This document shows, piece after piece, positions 20,894 to 30,803 of a stretch of 64,000 nt of DNA. The stretch covers positions 1,024,001-1,088,000 of the forward strand of contig CAVZDU010000001.1 in assembly GCA_963774265.1 (NCBI GenBank), read 5' to 3'. Every line of letters starts with the position of its first letter. Positions within the stretch are counted from its first letter, which is position 1. Position numbers and translations under genes: made by a program. The DNA is from an uncultured Chloroflexia bacterium (GTDB lineage Bacteria > Chloroflexota > Anaerolineae > CG2-30-64-16). The notes under the pieces were generated by a model that made no database searches, had not been told where the DNA came from, and saw only the letters and a program-made list of their open reading frames with translations.

Positions 20894-21982
20894 TCAGCCG
20901 TCGTTCCGGCGTCCGTCGCGATACTTCCCCACGGGCTGCCTGCTCGGCCCACAGCCAGCACCGCCAGCACGGCTGCCGCGCCAGCACGAGCAGGGCCACC
21001 AGCTTGAACAGCCGGTTCTCCAGCCCCAGACGCCAGCACCGCCGAACAGTCGCGCAGAAGGCGTAGTAGCCCAGCACGATCTGCCGCTGGGTGAAGCCGA
21101 TGTCGAGCAGGCGGTAGTGCAGGTGGTCGCGGCCGCCGACTCCGGGCTGGCCGCCGCGCCGCCAGCGGTTGTAGATCAGCCAGGCCACGTCCAGGATCGG
21201 CAGGCCCATCACCAGCAGCACGGTGGCGACCTTCGCGCCGCCGATGATCCCCAGGGCGGCCAGCGCCCACCCCAGGAAGTACGATCCGCTGCTGCCCATG
21301 AAGACGCGCGCCGGGTTGAAGTTGAAGGGCAGGAAGCCCAGCGTCGCGCCCAGCAGCGCCACCGGCAGCAGGGCCACGCTGAATTGCCCCTCGCGGATCA
21401 TGTGGATGGCCAGGAAGGCGGCCACGATCGCCGAGACCCCCGCGGCCAGCCCATCCAGCCCGTCCAGCCAGTTGACGGTGTTGATCATGCCCATGAACCA
21501 GAAGATCGTCAGCACGCCAGACGACCGGCCAGGGGAAGACGATCTGTCCGGTAGCCGAAGCGGGTTGTTGACCCGCTCGATGAAGATGATGAAGGCAATG
21601 GCGATCAGCGGCGGAGCAGGAACTGGGCGATGTACTGCGGCCGGCTGGGGAACTGGAACTGGTCGTCCAGCAGGCCGAACAGGAAGACGGCCGTCGTGCC
21701 GATCAGCAGCCCGGTCAGGCGGAGTCAGCTCTTTGGGATCGAGCCGGGGCGGAAACCAGCGCCTGCGGCAGCAGCAGCGTGGCCAGCACCGCCGACGGTG
21801 AAGCCCGGCGTACATCGCCATGCCGCCCAGCCGGGGATGACCCCTCGATGCTGGCGGCGCCCGCCCGGCCGGTCAGCCCAGTCCAACCGGCTCGCCGAGC
21901 CGCCGCGCCACCGGCGTCATCGCGGCAGCGTGACAGCAGCGACGGCGAAGACGAGCAGGAACACGGGCAGATAGGCGGCCAT
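20894..21982 (-). CDS. MraY/WecA-TagO family polyprenyl-phosphate GlcNAc-1-phosphate transferase (frameshifts, 3' end approximate)
   Basis: MINTVNWLDGLDGLAAG, FNFNPARVFMGSSGS, PILDV, RDHLHYRLL. Confidence 0.85.
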
Positions 21983-22077
21983 GCGTCACTGAGCGGATTG
22001 CCACAGAGGACACAGAATCGTAGAGCTAACTGTAGAGCGTAGCATGCTACGTCTGTCACGTATCACTCGTCACGTCA

Positions 22078-23430
22078 TCACGGATTCAGCCGGTCCAGCA
22101 TGCGCGGGAACGCGATCGTCTCCCGGATGTGGTCCAGCCCGCAGATCCACGACACGGTGCGCTCGACGCCCAGGCCGAAGCCGCTGTGCGGCACCGAGCC
22201 GTAGCGGCGCAGGTCGATGTACCACTGGTACGCCTCGTGCGGCAGGCCGTGCCGGTCGATGGCCGCCAGCAGCACGTCCGGGTCGCTCATGCGCTCGGAG
22301 CCGCCGATGATCTCGCCGTAGCCTTCGGGCGCCAGCAGGTCGGACGAGCGGCACACCTCGGGCCGGCCCGGCTCCGGCTCCATGTAGAACGCCTTGACCG
22401 CGCTCGGGTAGTGGTGGACGAAGACCGGCTTGTCGAACTGGCTGGCGATGATAGGTCTCGTGCGGCGCGCCGAAATCGTCGCCCCACTCGATGCGGCGGC
22501 AGCGGCTCGTCGTTCGGCGGCACCGTGACGCCCTCGGCCGCGGCCTCGTTGATCATCGCCACCGCTTCGTCGTAGCTGATGCGCGGGAAGGGCGGCGTCA
22601 CCTTCTCCAGGTGCGACGTGTCGCGCTCCAGCAGCTTCAGCTCGGCGGCGCGCTCGCGCAAGCGTCGTCTGCACGATGTAGCTGACGTACTGCTCTTCGA
22701 TCTCCAGCAACTCTTCCAGCTTGCAGAAGGCGATCTCCGGCTCCACCATCCAGAACTCCTGGAGGTGGCGGCGGGTCTTGCTCTTCTCGGCGCGGAAGGT
22801 GGGGCCGAAGCAGTAGACCTTGCCGAACGGCGAAGATGTTCGCCTCGTTGTAGAGCTGGCCGGTCTGCGCCAGGAAGGCCGGCCTCGCCGTGGAAATCGG
22901 TCTGGAAGAGCGTGGTCGTGCCCTCGGCGGCCGCCGGGGTCAGGATGGGCGTGTCCACCAGGATGAAAGCCGTTGTCGTCCAGCCAGTCGCGCATGGCCT
23001 TGACGATGGTCGCGCGGACGCGCAGGATGGCCCACTGGCGGTTGGAGCGCAGCCACAGGTGGCGGTTGTCCATCAGGAACTCGACGCCGTGCTCCTTGGG
23101 CGCGATGGGGTACTCGGCCGCTTCCTGGACGACTTCGCAGGCCGCGTCACGTCCAGCTCGAAGCCGCCGGGGATGCCCGGCGCGCGCTGCGTCGGCGCGG
23201 ACCATGCCGGTGACGATCAGCGACGACTCCAGGGGCATGCGCTTGGCCGCCTCGAAGGCCTCCTCCGAGACGTTGCCCCGGAAGACCACGGCCTGGATGA
23301 CGCCCGTGCCGTCGCGCACGCGCAGGAACTGCAGCTTGCCCTTGCCGGTCTTGAGTTGCAGCCACCCCTGGAGGGTGACCTCCTGCCCGACGTAGCTGGC
23401 GATGTCTTCGATGCGAATGATAGGTGTCAT
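22078..23430 (-). CDS. asnS: Asparagine--tRNA ligase (several frameshifts)
   Basis: [76 protein letters not shown]. Confidence 0.95.
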   Translation of the reverse strand: MTPIIRIEDIASYVGQEVTLQGWLQLKTGKGKLQFLRVRDGTGVIQAVVFRGNVSEEAFEAAKRMPLESSLIVTGMVRADAARAGHPRRLRAGRDAACEVVQEAAEYPIAPKEHGVEFLMDNRHLWLRSNRQWAILRVRATIVKAMRDWLDDNGFHPGGHAHPDPGGRRGHDHALPDRFPRRGRPSWRRPASSTTRRTSSPFGKVYCFGPTFRAEKSKTRRHLQEFWMVEPEIAFCKLEELLEIEEQYVSYIVQTTLARARRRAEAAGARHVAPGEGDAALPAHQLRRSGGDDQRGRGRGRHGAAERRAAAAASSGATISARRTRPIIASQFDKPVFVHHYPSAVKAFYMEPEPGRPEVCRSSDLLAPEGYGEIIGGSERMSDPDVLLAAIDRHGLPHEAYQWYIDLRRYGSVPHSGFGLGVERTVSWICGLDHIRETIAFPRMLDRLNP

Positions 23431-23486
23431 GAGTGCTCCCTAGCGGAGGGTGATGGCGGCGATTATAACATACGCGGGGAGCCGTG

Positions 23487-24833
23487 TCATACACGCTCCA
23501 CGCGCACGCGCTCGATCTTCGGGCCCGTCATCTTGGTCACCGTGAATCTGAAGGTGCGATCGTGGCCCGGCGCGGCGAAGTTGAGAGATTCGCCTTGCTT
23601 CGGGATGTGCCGCCACTGGAACAGCAGGAACCCGGCAACTGTCTCATACTCGTCTGCGGTGGGCAGGTCCAACTTCAGCGCTTCGTTGAGCTCATCCACG
23701 CGCGTCTGCGCGTCGATGTCGTACACGTCCTCCCTCAGCGTCTCCACCGTCGGCCGTTCGTCCACCCATTCGTCCGTCAGCCGGCCGACTACTTCTTCGG
23801 CCAACTCCTCGGTGGTGACCAGCCCCGCCGTGCCGCCGTATTCATCGATCACGATGGCCATGTGCTGGCGGTCACGGCGCATCTCGTTGAATAGATCGCC
23901 GATGCGCCGGCTCTCAGGGATGACGAGCGCGGGATGAACGACATTGAGCTCAGCCAGCGAGCGATTCACAGTCGCGGGATCGTCGATCAGGAGAGCGAGC
24001 ACCTCCTTCATGGCCAGCACGCCGACGATGTGGTCCAGGTCATCGTCGTACACAGGGAAGCGCGAATGGCGCGAGTGGCGGAATGTGCTCAACAGCTCAC
24101 CCAGCGTGCCGTCCTTCTCGACAGCCACGATGTCTGGCCGTGGGATCATGGCTTCGCGCACGAAGCGGTCGCCGAAGTCCAGCGCGCGGACGAGCATCTG
24201 CTGTTCGCCCGGCTCGATGACGCCGCCTTGCGTGCTTTCCATCACGACATCTTTGAGCTCCTGCACGGTGTGGATGCCGTGGGCGGTCTGTCCACCGATG
24301 CCGAGCAACTTGAGCACGAGGGCGGTCGACTTATCAACGAGCCAGACCAGAGGCGTCGCAATCCGGGCGAAAATGGTCATCGGGCCGGCGATGAACAAGG
24401 CGGCCCGCACCGGAAAGCGCAGCGCAATTGTCTTGGGTGTCTGTTCGCCGATAACCATATGTAGGAAGGAGAGCAGCAGCAGCACGAGGACCGCGCCCAG
24501 CCCGGTGGCAACGGCTGGCGGAAGATTGACCACCGCAAAGATCGATCCCAACACGGGCGACAGAAGTTCACTCAGCGGTTCCTCGGCCACAATGCCGAGC
24601 AGGATGGAGGCCACCGTGATGCCGAGCTGCGAGCCGGCGATGGCCCAGTCCGGGTCTCGCAACAGGCGGCTCACCTGCCTGGCGGAAGCATTGCCCTCCT
24701 CAGCCAGGCGCTCAATTTGCCCTCGCCGCACAGTGACGATGGCAAATTCGACCGTCACGAAGAACGCGTTCGTCAGGATGATGAACAGACCCCCCAGGAT
24801 GGGCCACAAGATTTCCCCTTGTTGGGTTGGCAT
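23487..24833 (-). CDS. CNNM/HlyC-CorC family CBS-domain membrane protein
   Basis: NAFFVTVEFAIV, GEQTPK, CBS pair (HSRFPVY; VIDEYGGTAGLVTTEE), CorC tail YETVAGF. Confidence 0.93.
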   Translation of the reverse strand: MPTQQGEILWPILGGLFIILTNAFFVTVEFAIVTVRRGQIERLAEEGNASARQVSRLLRDPDWAIAGSQLGITVASILLGIVAEEPLSELLSPVLGSIFAVVNLPPAVATGLGAVLVLLLLSFLHMVIGEQTPKTIALRFPVRAALFIAGPMTIFARIATPLVWLVDKSTALVLKLLGIGGQTAHGIHTVQELKDVVMESTQGGVIEPGEQQMLVRALDFGDRFVREAMIPRPDIVAVEKDGTLGELLSTFRHSRHSRFPVYDDDLDHIVGVLAMKEVLALLIDDPATVNRSLAELNVVHPALVIPESRRIGDLFNEMRRDRQHMAIVIDEYGGTAGLVTTEELAEEVVGRLTDEWVDERPTVETLREDVYDIDAQTRVDELNEALKLDLPTADEYETVAGFLLFQWRHIPKQGESLNFAAPGHDRTFRFTVTKMTGPKIERVRVERV

Positions 24834-24863
24834 GGTCGGCGCTCCTCCCTCCAGGCAGTCCAG

Positions 24864-24904
24864 ATTATAGCAGACTCACGCACAAATACTGATTATGTTA
24901 TACT
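24864..24904. promoter_or_regulatory. Back-to-back extended -10 promoters; mvk probably leaderless
   Basis: Plus strand TGtTATACT (24896-24904) lies 6 nt before ATG 24911 with no SD. Minus strand TGcTATAAT (24872-24864) lies before the CNNM gene. Confidence 0.6.
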
Positions 24905-24910
24905 CTGGCT

Positions 24911-25837
24911 ATGCAGCTTGGCTTGGGTACAGCCTCCGGCAAGGTCATTCTTTTCGGCGAGCATGCGGTCGTGTATGGCCGGCCAGCCCTTGCCGTGCCG
25001 GTGACGCAGGTGTGCGCCACGGCGACGGTTGAGACAGGCGCGGACGGGGCCGGAACGGTAATTGATGCGTTGGACCTGCGCCGCCGCGTGACGCTGGACC
25101 AGTCTGGCCACCCCCTGGCCGAAGTAGCGTTGTTGGCGTTGAAACGACTTGGCCTTGCATGTCCCGACTGGCGCGTCTCGCTCCACTCGACTATCCCCAT
25201 CGCCAGTGGGCTGGGCAGCGGCGCCGCGGTGTCGGCGGCAGTGGTCCGCGCGCTGGCCAGCGCCGCGGGGCGCGAGCTGGACCCGGCGGAGGTGTCAGAT
25301 ATCGTCTTTCAGGTCGAGCGGCTGCACCACGGCACGCCCAGCGGGGTGGACAACACCGTCATTGCCTACGGCCAACCGGTGTATTTCGTGCGCGGGCATC
25401 CTCCACAGCCGTTCGCCATCGGGCGGCCTTTCACCCTGGTCATCGGCGATACCGGCATCCCCAGTCCGACGAAGGTCGCAGTGGGTGATGTGCGCGCCGG
25501 GTGGCTGCAGGACCCTGTCCGCTATGACGGGTGGTTCGACCAGGTGGCCGTCATCGTTGAGGCCGCCCGAGAGGCGATCGCCGGCGGCGCGCCAGAGAAG
25601 CTGGGGCCGTTGATGGACGAGAACCAAGCCTTGTTGGGTGAGATGGGCGTCTCCAGCCCCGAGCTGGAGCGCCTGGTCCAGGCGGCGCGGGCCGCGGGCG
25701 CGGGCGGTGCCAAGCTCTCGGGCGGCGGCCGCGGGGGCAACATGATCGCGCTTGTGACGCGCGAGAGGGCGGACGCAGTGGTCGGTGGCCTGCGCGCCGC
25801 GGGCGCGGTGCGTGTCATCGTGACGGAGATCGGTTAG
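24911..25837 (+). CDS. mvk: Mevalonate kinase
   Basis: GKVILFGEHAVVYG, IPIASGLGSGAA (GHMP loop), HGTPSGVDN, GAKLSGGGRGG. Confidence 0.95.
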   Translation: MQLGLGTASGKVILFGEHAVVYGRPALAVPVTQVCATATVETGADGAGTVIDALDLRRRVTLDQSGHPLAEVALLALKRLGLACPDWRVSLHSTIPIASGLGSGAAVSAAVVRALASAAGRELDPAEVSDIVFQVERLHHGTPSGVDNTVIAYGQPVYFVRGHPPQPFAIGRPFTLVIGDTGIPSPTKVAVGDVRAGWLQDPVRYDGWFDQVAVIVEAAREAIAGGAPEKLGPLMDENQALLGEMGVSSPELERLVQAARAAGAGGAKLSGGGRGGNMIALVTRERADAVVGGLRAAGAVRVIVTEIG

Positions 25838-25872
25838 CCACAGAGAACACAGAGTCCACAAAGGCAAAACGT

Positions 25873-27162
25873 ATGGATTTGCGTGAGTTTCTAGCTGCCG
25901 CTGACGAGGCCGGTTATCTCCTCCGCTACAAGTCGGAGGCCGACCCGTACCTGGAGATCGCGCGGCTGGCCCTGGCGCGCGATGGTCGGCCCATGGTGTT
26001 CGAGCGCGTGAAGGGCAGCCCGTACCAGGTGGTCGCGGGCGTGTGCTCGGATCGCCGTTATTTTGGCCTGGCGCTCGGTGTGCCCGCAGAGCAGGTGCTC
26101 TTCCGGCTGACGGAGGCGCTGGCGAATCCGCAGGAGCCGTCCCTGGTCCCGGCCGGTCCGTGCGGGGAAGTCGTTCTGCCCCAGGTCGACCTGGAACAGC
26201 TTCCCTTCCTGACACACTACCCCGAGGACGGCGGCCCGTACGCGTCGTCCGCGGTCGTGTTCATCAATGATCCGGCGTCTGGGCGCAATGCGTCCTACCA
26301 CCGGCTGCTGCGGCTCGACAAGACACGCGTGGCTGCCCGGCTCGTCGAGCGCCGCGGCACGGAGACTGCGTGGCGCAACTCGACGGACGGCATCCCCGTC
26401 GGCATCTGCATCGGCCTGCCGCTCCACGTGCTCCTGGCCGCGTCCATGGCCCCGCCGCCCGGCATCGATGAAATGAGCATCGCCCAGGCCCTCGCGCCCA
26501 CACCGATGGTTGAGCTGGCGAACGGTGTGCGCGTGCCGGCCGACGCCGAATTCGTGCTTGAGGGGTGGATCACCAAGACGCTGACCGACGAGGGACCGTT
26601 CGTGGACCTCACCGGCACCTACGACTTCATCCGCCAGCAGCCGGTCATCGAGATTCAACGGGTGACACACCGCCGCGGCGCGATCTATCATGCCCTGCTT
26701 CCCGGACGGCTGGAGCACAAGCTGCTCATGGGCATGCCCCGGGAGCCGACCATCTTCGCCGAGGTCAACAAGGTGACGCGTTGCCTCAACGTCAACATCA
26801 CCCCCGGCGGCGCGTCGTGGCTGCATGCGGTCGTGCAGATCGCCAAACAAGGCCCCAACGACGGACGGAAGGCCATCGCGGCCGCGTTCAGGGGGCACAC
26901 CAGCCTGAAGCACGTGTGGGTGGTGGATGAAGACATCAACCCGTTCGACCCGGGCGAGGTGGAGTGGGCCGTGGCGACCCGCTTCCAGGCCGATCGTGGT
27001 CTCGTGGTGCTCGGGGGACAGCCCTCCAGCTCGTTGGATCCATCGGCGCAACACACGCCCGGCCAGAAAAGCCGCACCGCGAAGATGGGCATGGACGTAA
27101 CGATGCACTGGGATACGCCGGCTGGCCCGCGCGATCGCGAGGCGTATCGCCGTGTCGGTTAG
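25873..27162 (+). CDS. UbiD family prFMN-dependent decarboxylase, probable anhydromevalonate phosphate decarboxylase
   Basis: DGGPY, NASYHR, AEFVLEG, EGPFVDLTGTYD, VVDEDI, EVEWAVATRFQ, SSLDPS; starts 35 bp after the mvk stop. Confidence 0.85.
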   Translation: MDLREFLAAADEAGYLLRYKSEADPYLEIARLALARDGRPMVFERVKGSPYQVVAGVCSDRRYFGLALGVPAEQVLFRLTEALANPQEPSLVPAGPCGEVVLPQVDLEQLPFLTHYPEDGGPYASSAVVFINDPASGRNASYHRLLRLDKTRVAARLVERRGTETAWRNSTDGIPVGICIGLPLHVLLAASMAPPPGIDEMSIAQALAPTPMVELANGVRVPADAEFVLEGWITKTLTDEGPFVDLTGTYDFIRQQPVIEIQRVTHRRGAIYHALLPGRLEHKLLMGMPREPTIFAEVNKVTRCLNVNITPGGASWLHAVVQIAKQGPNDGRKAIAAAFRGHTSLKHVWVVDEDINPFDPGEVEWAVATRFQADRGLVVLGGQPSSSLDPSAQHTPGQKSRTAKMGMDVTMHWDTPAGPRDREAYRRVG

Positions 27163-27245
27163 ACAATTGACGCGCTTGATGAATCCTTTTGGCCTGTTCA
27201 TACGTAATAACAGGTATTAGCCATAAACTCGGATTGAGGTCTCGG

Positions 27246-28415
27246 ATGGGTCACCGCAATAAGCGGCGGGATGAGGACTGGGCGCCCCTGGTGTTGATGG
27301 GGCTCGCCGCGCTGGCAAACTTGTTTCGCGGATCCAGGGGCAGAGGTCGCGGGTCGATATTCGACACGCGTCGGCCCGCGTCGTCGCCATTTAAGCCGAT
27401 TGTCACCCTGGTCATGCTCGTCGGAGCGTTCATCGCCTTGGGCGGGCTGCTGACCGTACTTTCCCTGATCGCTGCGCTCGGCAATGGCGGCGCGCTGTTC
27501 GTCGTTTGCGGCGTGCCCGTGCTGCTCGTGGCGTTCATGGCCTGGATGTTCAGCCAACGGTCCAAGCAGGCGTCGAGCGCTGCGTCTGAGTCGCAGCCAG
27601 GGACAATCGATGCGGCGCCCGGCGAAGTGCGCGCGGCCGGCCCGGAAGCGGCTCAGCCGCAGGCGGCCACCCCGCAAAGGACGGAGGCTGCGCCTGCGCT
27701 CCCTGCGACCCGCCTGCCTCAGATATTCGGCCGCGCTGAGCCGGGAGCCCGCCGCACCGCGAAAGCCGGCGCCGTCCCGGAGAAGCCCCCGTGCACGCCG
27801 GCGCAGTACCGGCAGCGGGCGGTCTCTTATCGGCGCAAGATGCAAAGCCTGGTCAAGACCCGCCGGCCCGGCCCGATTGCCGAGCGGATGAACGGGGTGT
27901 TCCAGAAACTCAAGAGCTGGGAAGAGCGTGTCGGGGAGCTTGCCGACCGCCTGGCCTTGTACGAGAACGATGAGTTGATCCAGCGGGACGTGCGGGAGAC
28001 GCCGGGACATATCGCGCGGCTTCAACGCCAGCTCACCCAGGAGGTCGAGCCGGAGATGCAGCAGCAGGTGCAGCGCACCCTGGCTGCATACGAGGAGCAG
28101 CAACGCCAGCTCGCGCTGCTTGCGCGCGTGATGAAGCGCACGCGGCTGAACCTGGATGATACGCTGGCCGCCATGGGCACGGTTTATTCGCAGTTGCAGG
28201 TGCTCAATGCGATGGACATCGACGGGCCGACAGCCGCGCGCATCGCGGGGGATGTGGATCGCGAGGTGGAGCGGTTGAACGACCTGCTCGCGGCCATGTC
28301 GGATGTTTACGCACAAAGCGGCGAGACCCCTGCGCAACCTGCCGCGGACCTGGACGACGAAAGCGCCGGGTTGGCCGGGCGGAAGGCGCGGTTGAGCGGG
28401 GACGCATCAGGCTGA
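27246..28415 (+). CDS. Hypothetical membrane protein with C-terminal coiled-coil domain
   Basis: Two to three TM segments, Ala/Pro linker and heptad-rich helical tail; GAGGT RBS and GC3-rich codons. Confidence 0.7.
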   Translation: MGHRNKRRDEDWAPLVLMGLAALANLFRGSRGRGRGSIFDTRRPASSPFKPIVTLVMLVGAFIALGGLLTVLSLIAALGNGGALFVVCGVPVLLVAFMAWMFSQRSKQASSAASESQPGTIDAAPGEVRAAGPEAAQPQAATPQRTEAAPALPATRLPQIFGRAEPGARRTAKAGAVPEKPPCTPAQYRQRAVSYRRKMQSLVKTRRPGPIAERMNGVFQKLKSWEERVGELADRLALYENDELIQRDVRETPGHIARLQRQLTQEVEPEMQQQVQRTLAAYEEQQRQLALLARVMKRTRLNLDDTLAAMGTVYSQLQVLNAMDIDGPTAARIAGDVDREVERLNDLLAAMSDVYAQSGETPAQPAADLDDESAGLAGRKARLSGDASG

Positions 28416-28422
28416 GGATAGC

Positions 28423-29016
28423 ATGCCAGAACTTATGCTGCGGACTTTCATCGCGATCGAGCTGGACGAGACGGTGCGCGAGGGGTTAGGCCGCGTCCAG
28501 GGCAAATTCCAGCGACAGGCGCCACAAGGCAGCGTCAGATGGGTCGCGCCCGACGCCATTCACCTGACGCTTAAGTTCCTGGGCGACACGCCCGTGAACC
28601 GGGTGAGTAAGGTTGCGGATGCGCTCGCCGCGGCGTGCGCAGAGTTTGCACCTTTCGACATTTCCGTCGAGGGCCGGGGCTGTTTCCCAAACCTGCGCCG
28701 GCCGCGAGTGATCTGGGTTGCGGTGCGCGATGTGGCGGGAAAGCGCCTCGTCCCCCTGCAGGCTGCCATCGAGAAACACGTTGCCCCGCTCGGCTTTCCG
28801 ACCGAGGAGCGCGGTTTTTCACCCCACCTGACCCTGGGCCGGGTGGCGCGCAGCGCAGGCGCGGCGGAAGAAGCCGCTGTCGGTCAGATGGTGGAGAGAT
28901 CGGTCGTAGAGCAAATCGCCGTGCAACGCGTGCACGCCGTTCACCTCATCAAGAGTGATCTGCGACCGGCGGGGCCGGTGTATACTGTGCTGGCGACGGT
29001 GGAACTGGGGGGCTAG
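28423..29016 (+). CDS. thpR: RNA 2',3'-cyclic phosphodiesterase
   Basis: RTFIAI, two HxT motifs (HLTLKFLG, FSPHLTLGR), GPVY. Confidence 0.93.
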   Translation: MPELMLRTFIAIELDETVREGLGRVQGKFQRQAPQGSVRWVAPDAIHLTLKFLGDTPVNRVSKVADALAAACAEFAPFDISVEGRGCFPNLRRPRVIWVAVRDVAGKRLVPLQAAIEKHVAPLGFPTEERGFSPHLTLGRVARSAGAAEEAAVGQMVERSVVEQIAVQRVHAVHLIKSDLRPAGPVYTVLATVELGG

Positions 29017-30295
29017 GGTCCGTTTCCGGTGTCTTTTCGTCGGACCGAGCAGGTGAAGCGGCTTCCTGCATCCATAGTGCGTGCGTCGCGGTCGCCAGCG
29101 GCGTGAGGAATAGCCACGCGGCAAAGAAACTGAACAGGCCGATCGCTGCTGCGCCGGTGAGTTGGGCCTGCAACTGCAATGGGAAATCCGGACCAGCGGC
29201 GACGCCCGCCGACCCATCCGCCAGCAGGCCCACGGCAGCCAGCCCCAACAGGCCGCCCAGGCCGTGGATAGTCAGGCCGGCTGTGGGGTCATCCCAGCGC
29301 AGGATCCGATCGACGGTGAAAATTGCAATGGGCGTGAGCACCCCGATCAGGGCGCCGAGGAGCAGGGCCCCCCAAGCCGGAATGAACGCTGCAGCCGCCA
29401 GGCTGGCGGCCACGGCCATGCCGACCGCGCGCGATCCCATCAGCGGATCGTAACGGCCGGCGACGAGTCCTGTGTACCCGAGCGAGAAGAGCGCTGCGCT
29501 GGCCGCGGCCAACACGGTGTGCAACAACACGCGCTGAAGCTCAATGTCCTTGGGCAACAGCGGATTGGCTGTCAACCAGGCTGCCAGGCCTACAAACAGC
29601 AGACCAACGCCCATCAGGCTGAGCAGGGGGAAGGTGGCCGCCGGCAGCGCCACTGTTTCGTTGTCCACGACCCGCCGGGCGCGCCGCGGCAGGAAGACGA
29701 GCAGCCCGGCCAGCGCGACGGCTGCACCCAGAAGATGGACCAGGCCCGCGCCGCCGGGATCGACCAGGCCCTGGGCCAGCCCAAGGTTGCTGCCCAGGTT
29801 CGCCAGCCAGCCGCCGCCCCAGGTCCAGTTGCCGGCCAGGGGATAGAGCAGGGCGCCGACCAGGAAGCCCAGGAGCGCGACCGCCCAGCTTGGGATACGG
29901 CCTCGCAGGCTGGATATGGGGATCAGAGCGGCGGTGAGCACCCAGGGCAGGTTGGCGAGGGCAAGCATACGGGCTTCCGGCGTGTCCGCTGCGCCTGACA
30001 AGGCCCAGCCTGCAAGACCGGCCATGCCCCAACCCGATCCCCAGGTGACGCCGAGGGCCGACCACTCCCAGATCAACCCGTCGTAGCCGGGGAGCTCGTG
30101 TGCAAGGCCCACGCCGCCGAACTGAAGCGCGAAACCTGTGATAACATATCCGACAACGGCCAAACCGAGCGCGGCCAGGACGCTCACAAGCCCGTGGCGT
30201 GCGCGCTCCGCAGGAAGTCCGCCGGAGCCGATCAACGCGTATCCGATGGGCACCAGGAAGGCAAGACCGAGGGTCAACAGGGGTTGCTCGAGCAT
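28949..30295 (-). CDS. Divergent ammonium transporter (Amt family)
   Basis: About 11 TM segments, WTWGGGWL, DPGGAGLVH and DDPTAGLTIHG (twin His). TGaTACCAT lies 7 nt before ATG 30295. Confidence 0.8.
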   Translation of the reverse strand: MLEQPLLTLGLAFLVPIGYALIGSGGLPAERARHGLVSVLAALGLAVVGYVITGFALQFGGVGLAHELPGYDGLIWEWSALGVTWGSGWGMAGLAGWALSGAADTPEARMLALANLPWVLTAALIPISSLRGRIPSWAVALLGFLVGALLYPLAGNWTWGGGWLANLGSNLGLAQGLVDPGGAGLVHLLGAAVALAGLLVFLPRRARRVVDNETVALPAATFPLLSLMGVGLLFVGLAAWLTANPLLPKDIELQRVLLHTVLAAASAALFSLGYTGLVAGRYDPLMGSRAVGMAVAASLAAAAFIPAWGALLLGALIGVLTPIAIFTVDRILRWDDPTAGLTIHGLGGLLGLAAVGLLADGSAGVAAGPDFPLQLQAQLTGAAAIGLFSFFAAWLFLTPLATATHALWMQEAASPARSDEKTPETDPSPPVPPSPAQYTPAPPVADHS

Positions 30296-30302
30296 ACATC
30301 CT

Positions 30303-30803
30303 ATGGTATCACAGGAATCCATCCACTCGCAAAGTGTGCCGCCCGCCCTGCTGGTAGATGCCATGCTGGGCAAGCTGGCGCGCTGGCTGCGCTTGGCGGG
30401 TTACGATGCGGCGTTCTGGCGTGAGGGCAGCGACGAGCAACTGATCGTCGCTGCGCGGGGTGAGCGCCGGCTGATCGTCACGAAGGATCACGGATTGGCT
30501 GGCCGGCGGGGCGTGGATGCATTGTTGATCGAGATGGATGATCTCGACGGGCAAATTGCTGAGGCGCGCGCCGCACTGGCTTTCCGCGGTCCGGTCCCCG
30601 AGCCCTTCACTCGTTGTGCTGAGTGCAATGGGCTGTTGGTCGAGCTATCTCACGCGGACGCGCAGGGTCTCGTGCCGCCCTACGTCTGGCACACCCAAAT
30701 GGTCTTCCGGCGGTGTGACCGCTGCGGTCGAGCTTATTGGAAGGGGACGCATTGGCCCGACATGGAACAGCGGCTGAACGCCCGGGGTGAGGAAGCATCG
30801 TGA
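30303..30803 (+). CDS. Mut7-C RNase (PIN + zinc ribbon) domain protein
   Basis: LVDAMLGKLARWLR, RCAECNG, CDRCGRAYWKGTH. Confidence 0.92.
   Translation: MVSQESIHSQSVPPALLVDAMLGKLARWLRLAGYDAAFWREGSDEQLIVAARGERRLIVTKDHGLAGRRGVDALLIEMDDLDGQIAEARAALAFRGPVPEPFTRCAECNGLLVELSHADAQGLVPPYVWHTQMVFRRCDRCGRAYWKGTHWPDMEQRLNARGEEAS

Noticed and set aside
22078-23430. Pseudogenisation or programmed frameshifting of asnS, pdhABC, xerD and others
   Set aside because: Motifs are intact, breaks look like scattered single-base indels without evident slippery sites, and core genes are hit. This pattern fits sequencing error.
24875-24903. dif-like site (TTATGTTATAC resembles the XerD arm TTATGTTAAAT; xerD and ftsK are in the window)
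   Set aside because: The XerC arm matches poorly and needs a 7-bp spacer. The sequence is explained more simply as the extended -10 TGtTATACT 6 nt before mvk. A GC-skew analysis could revisit it.
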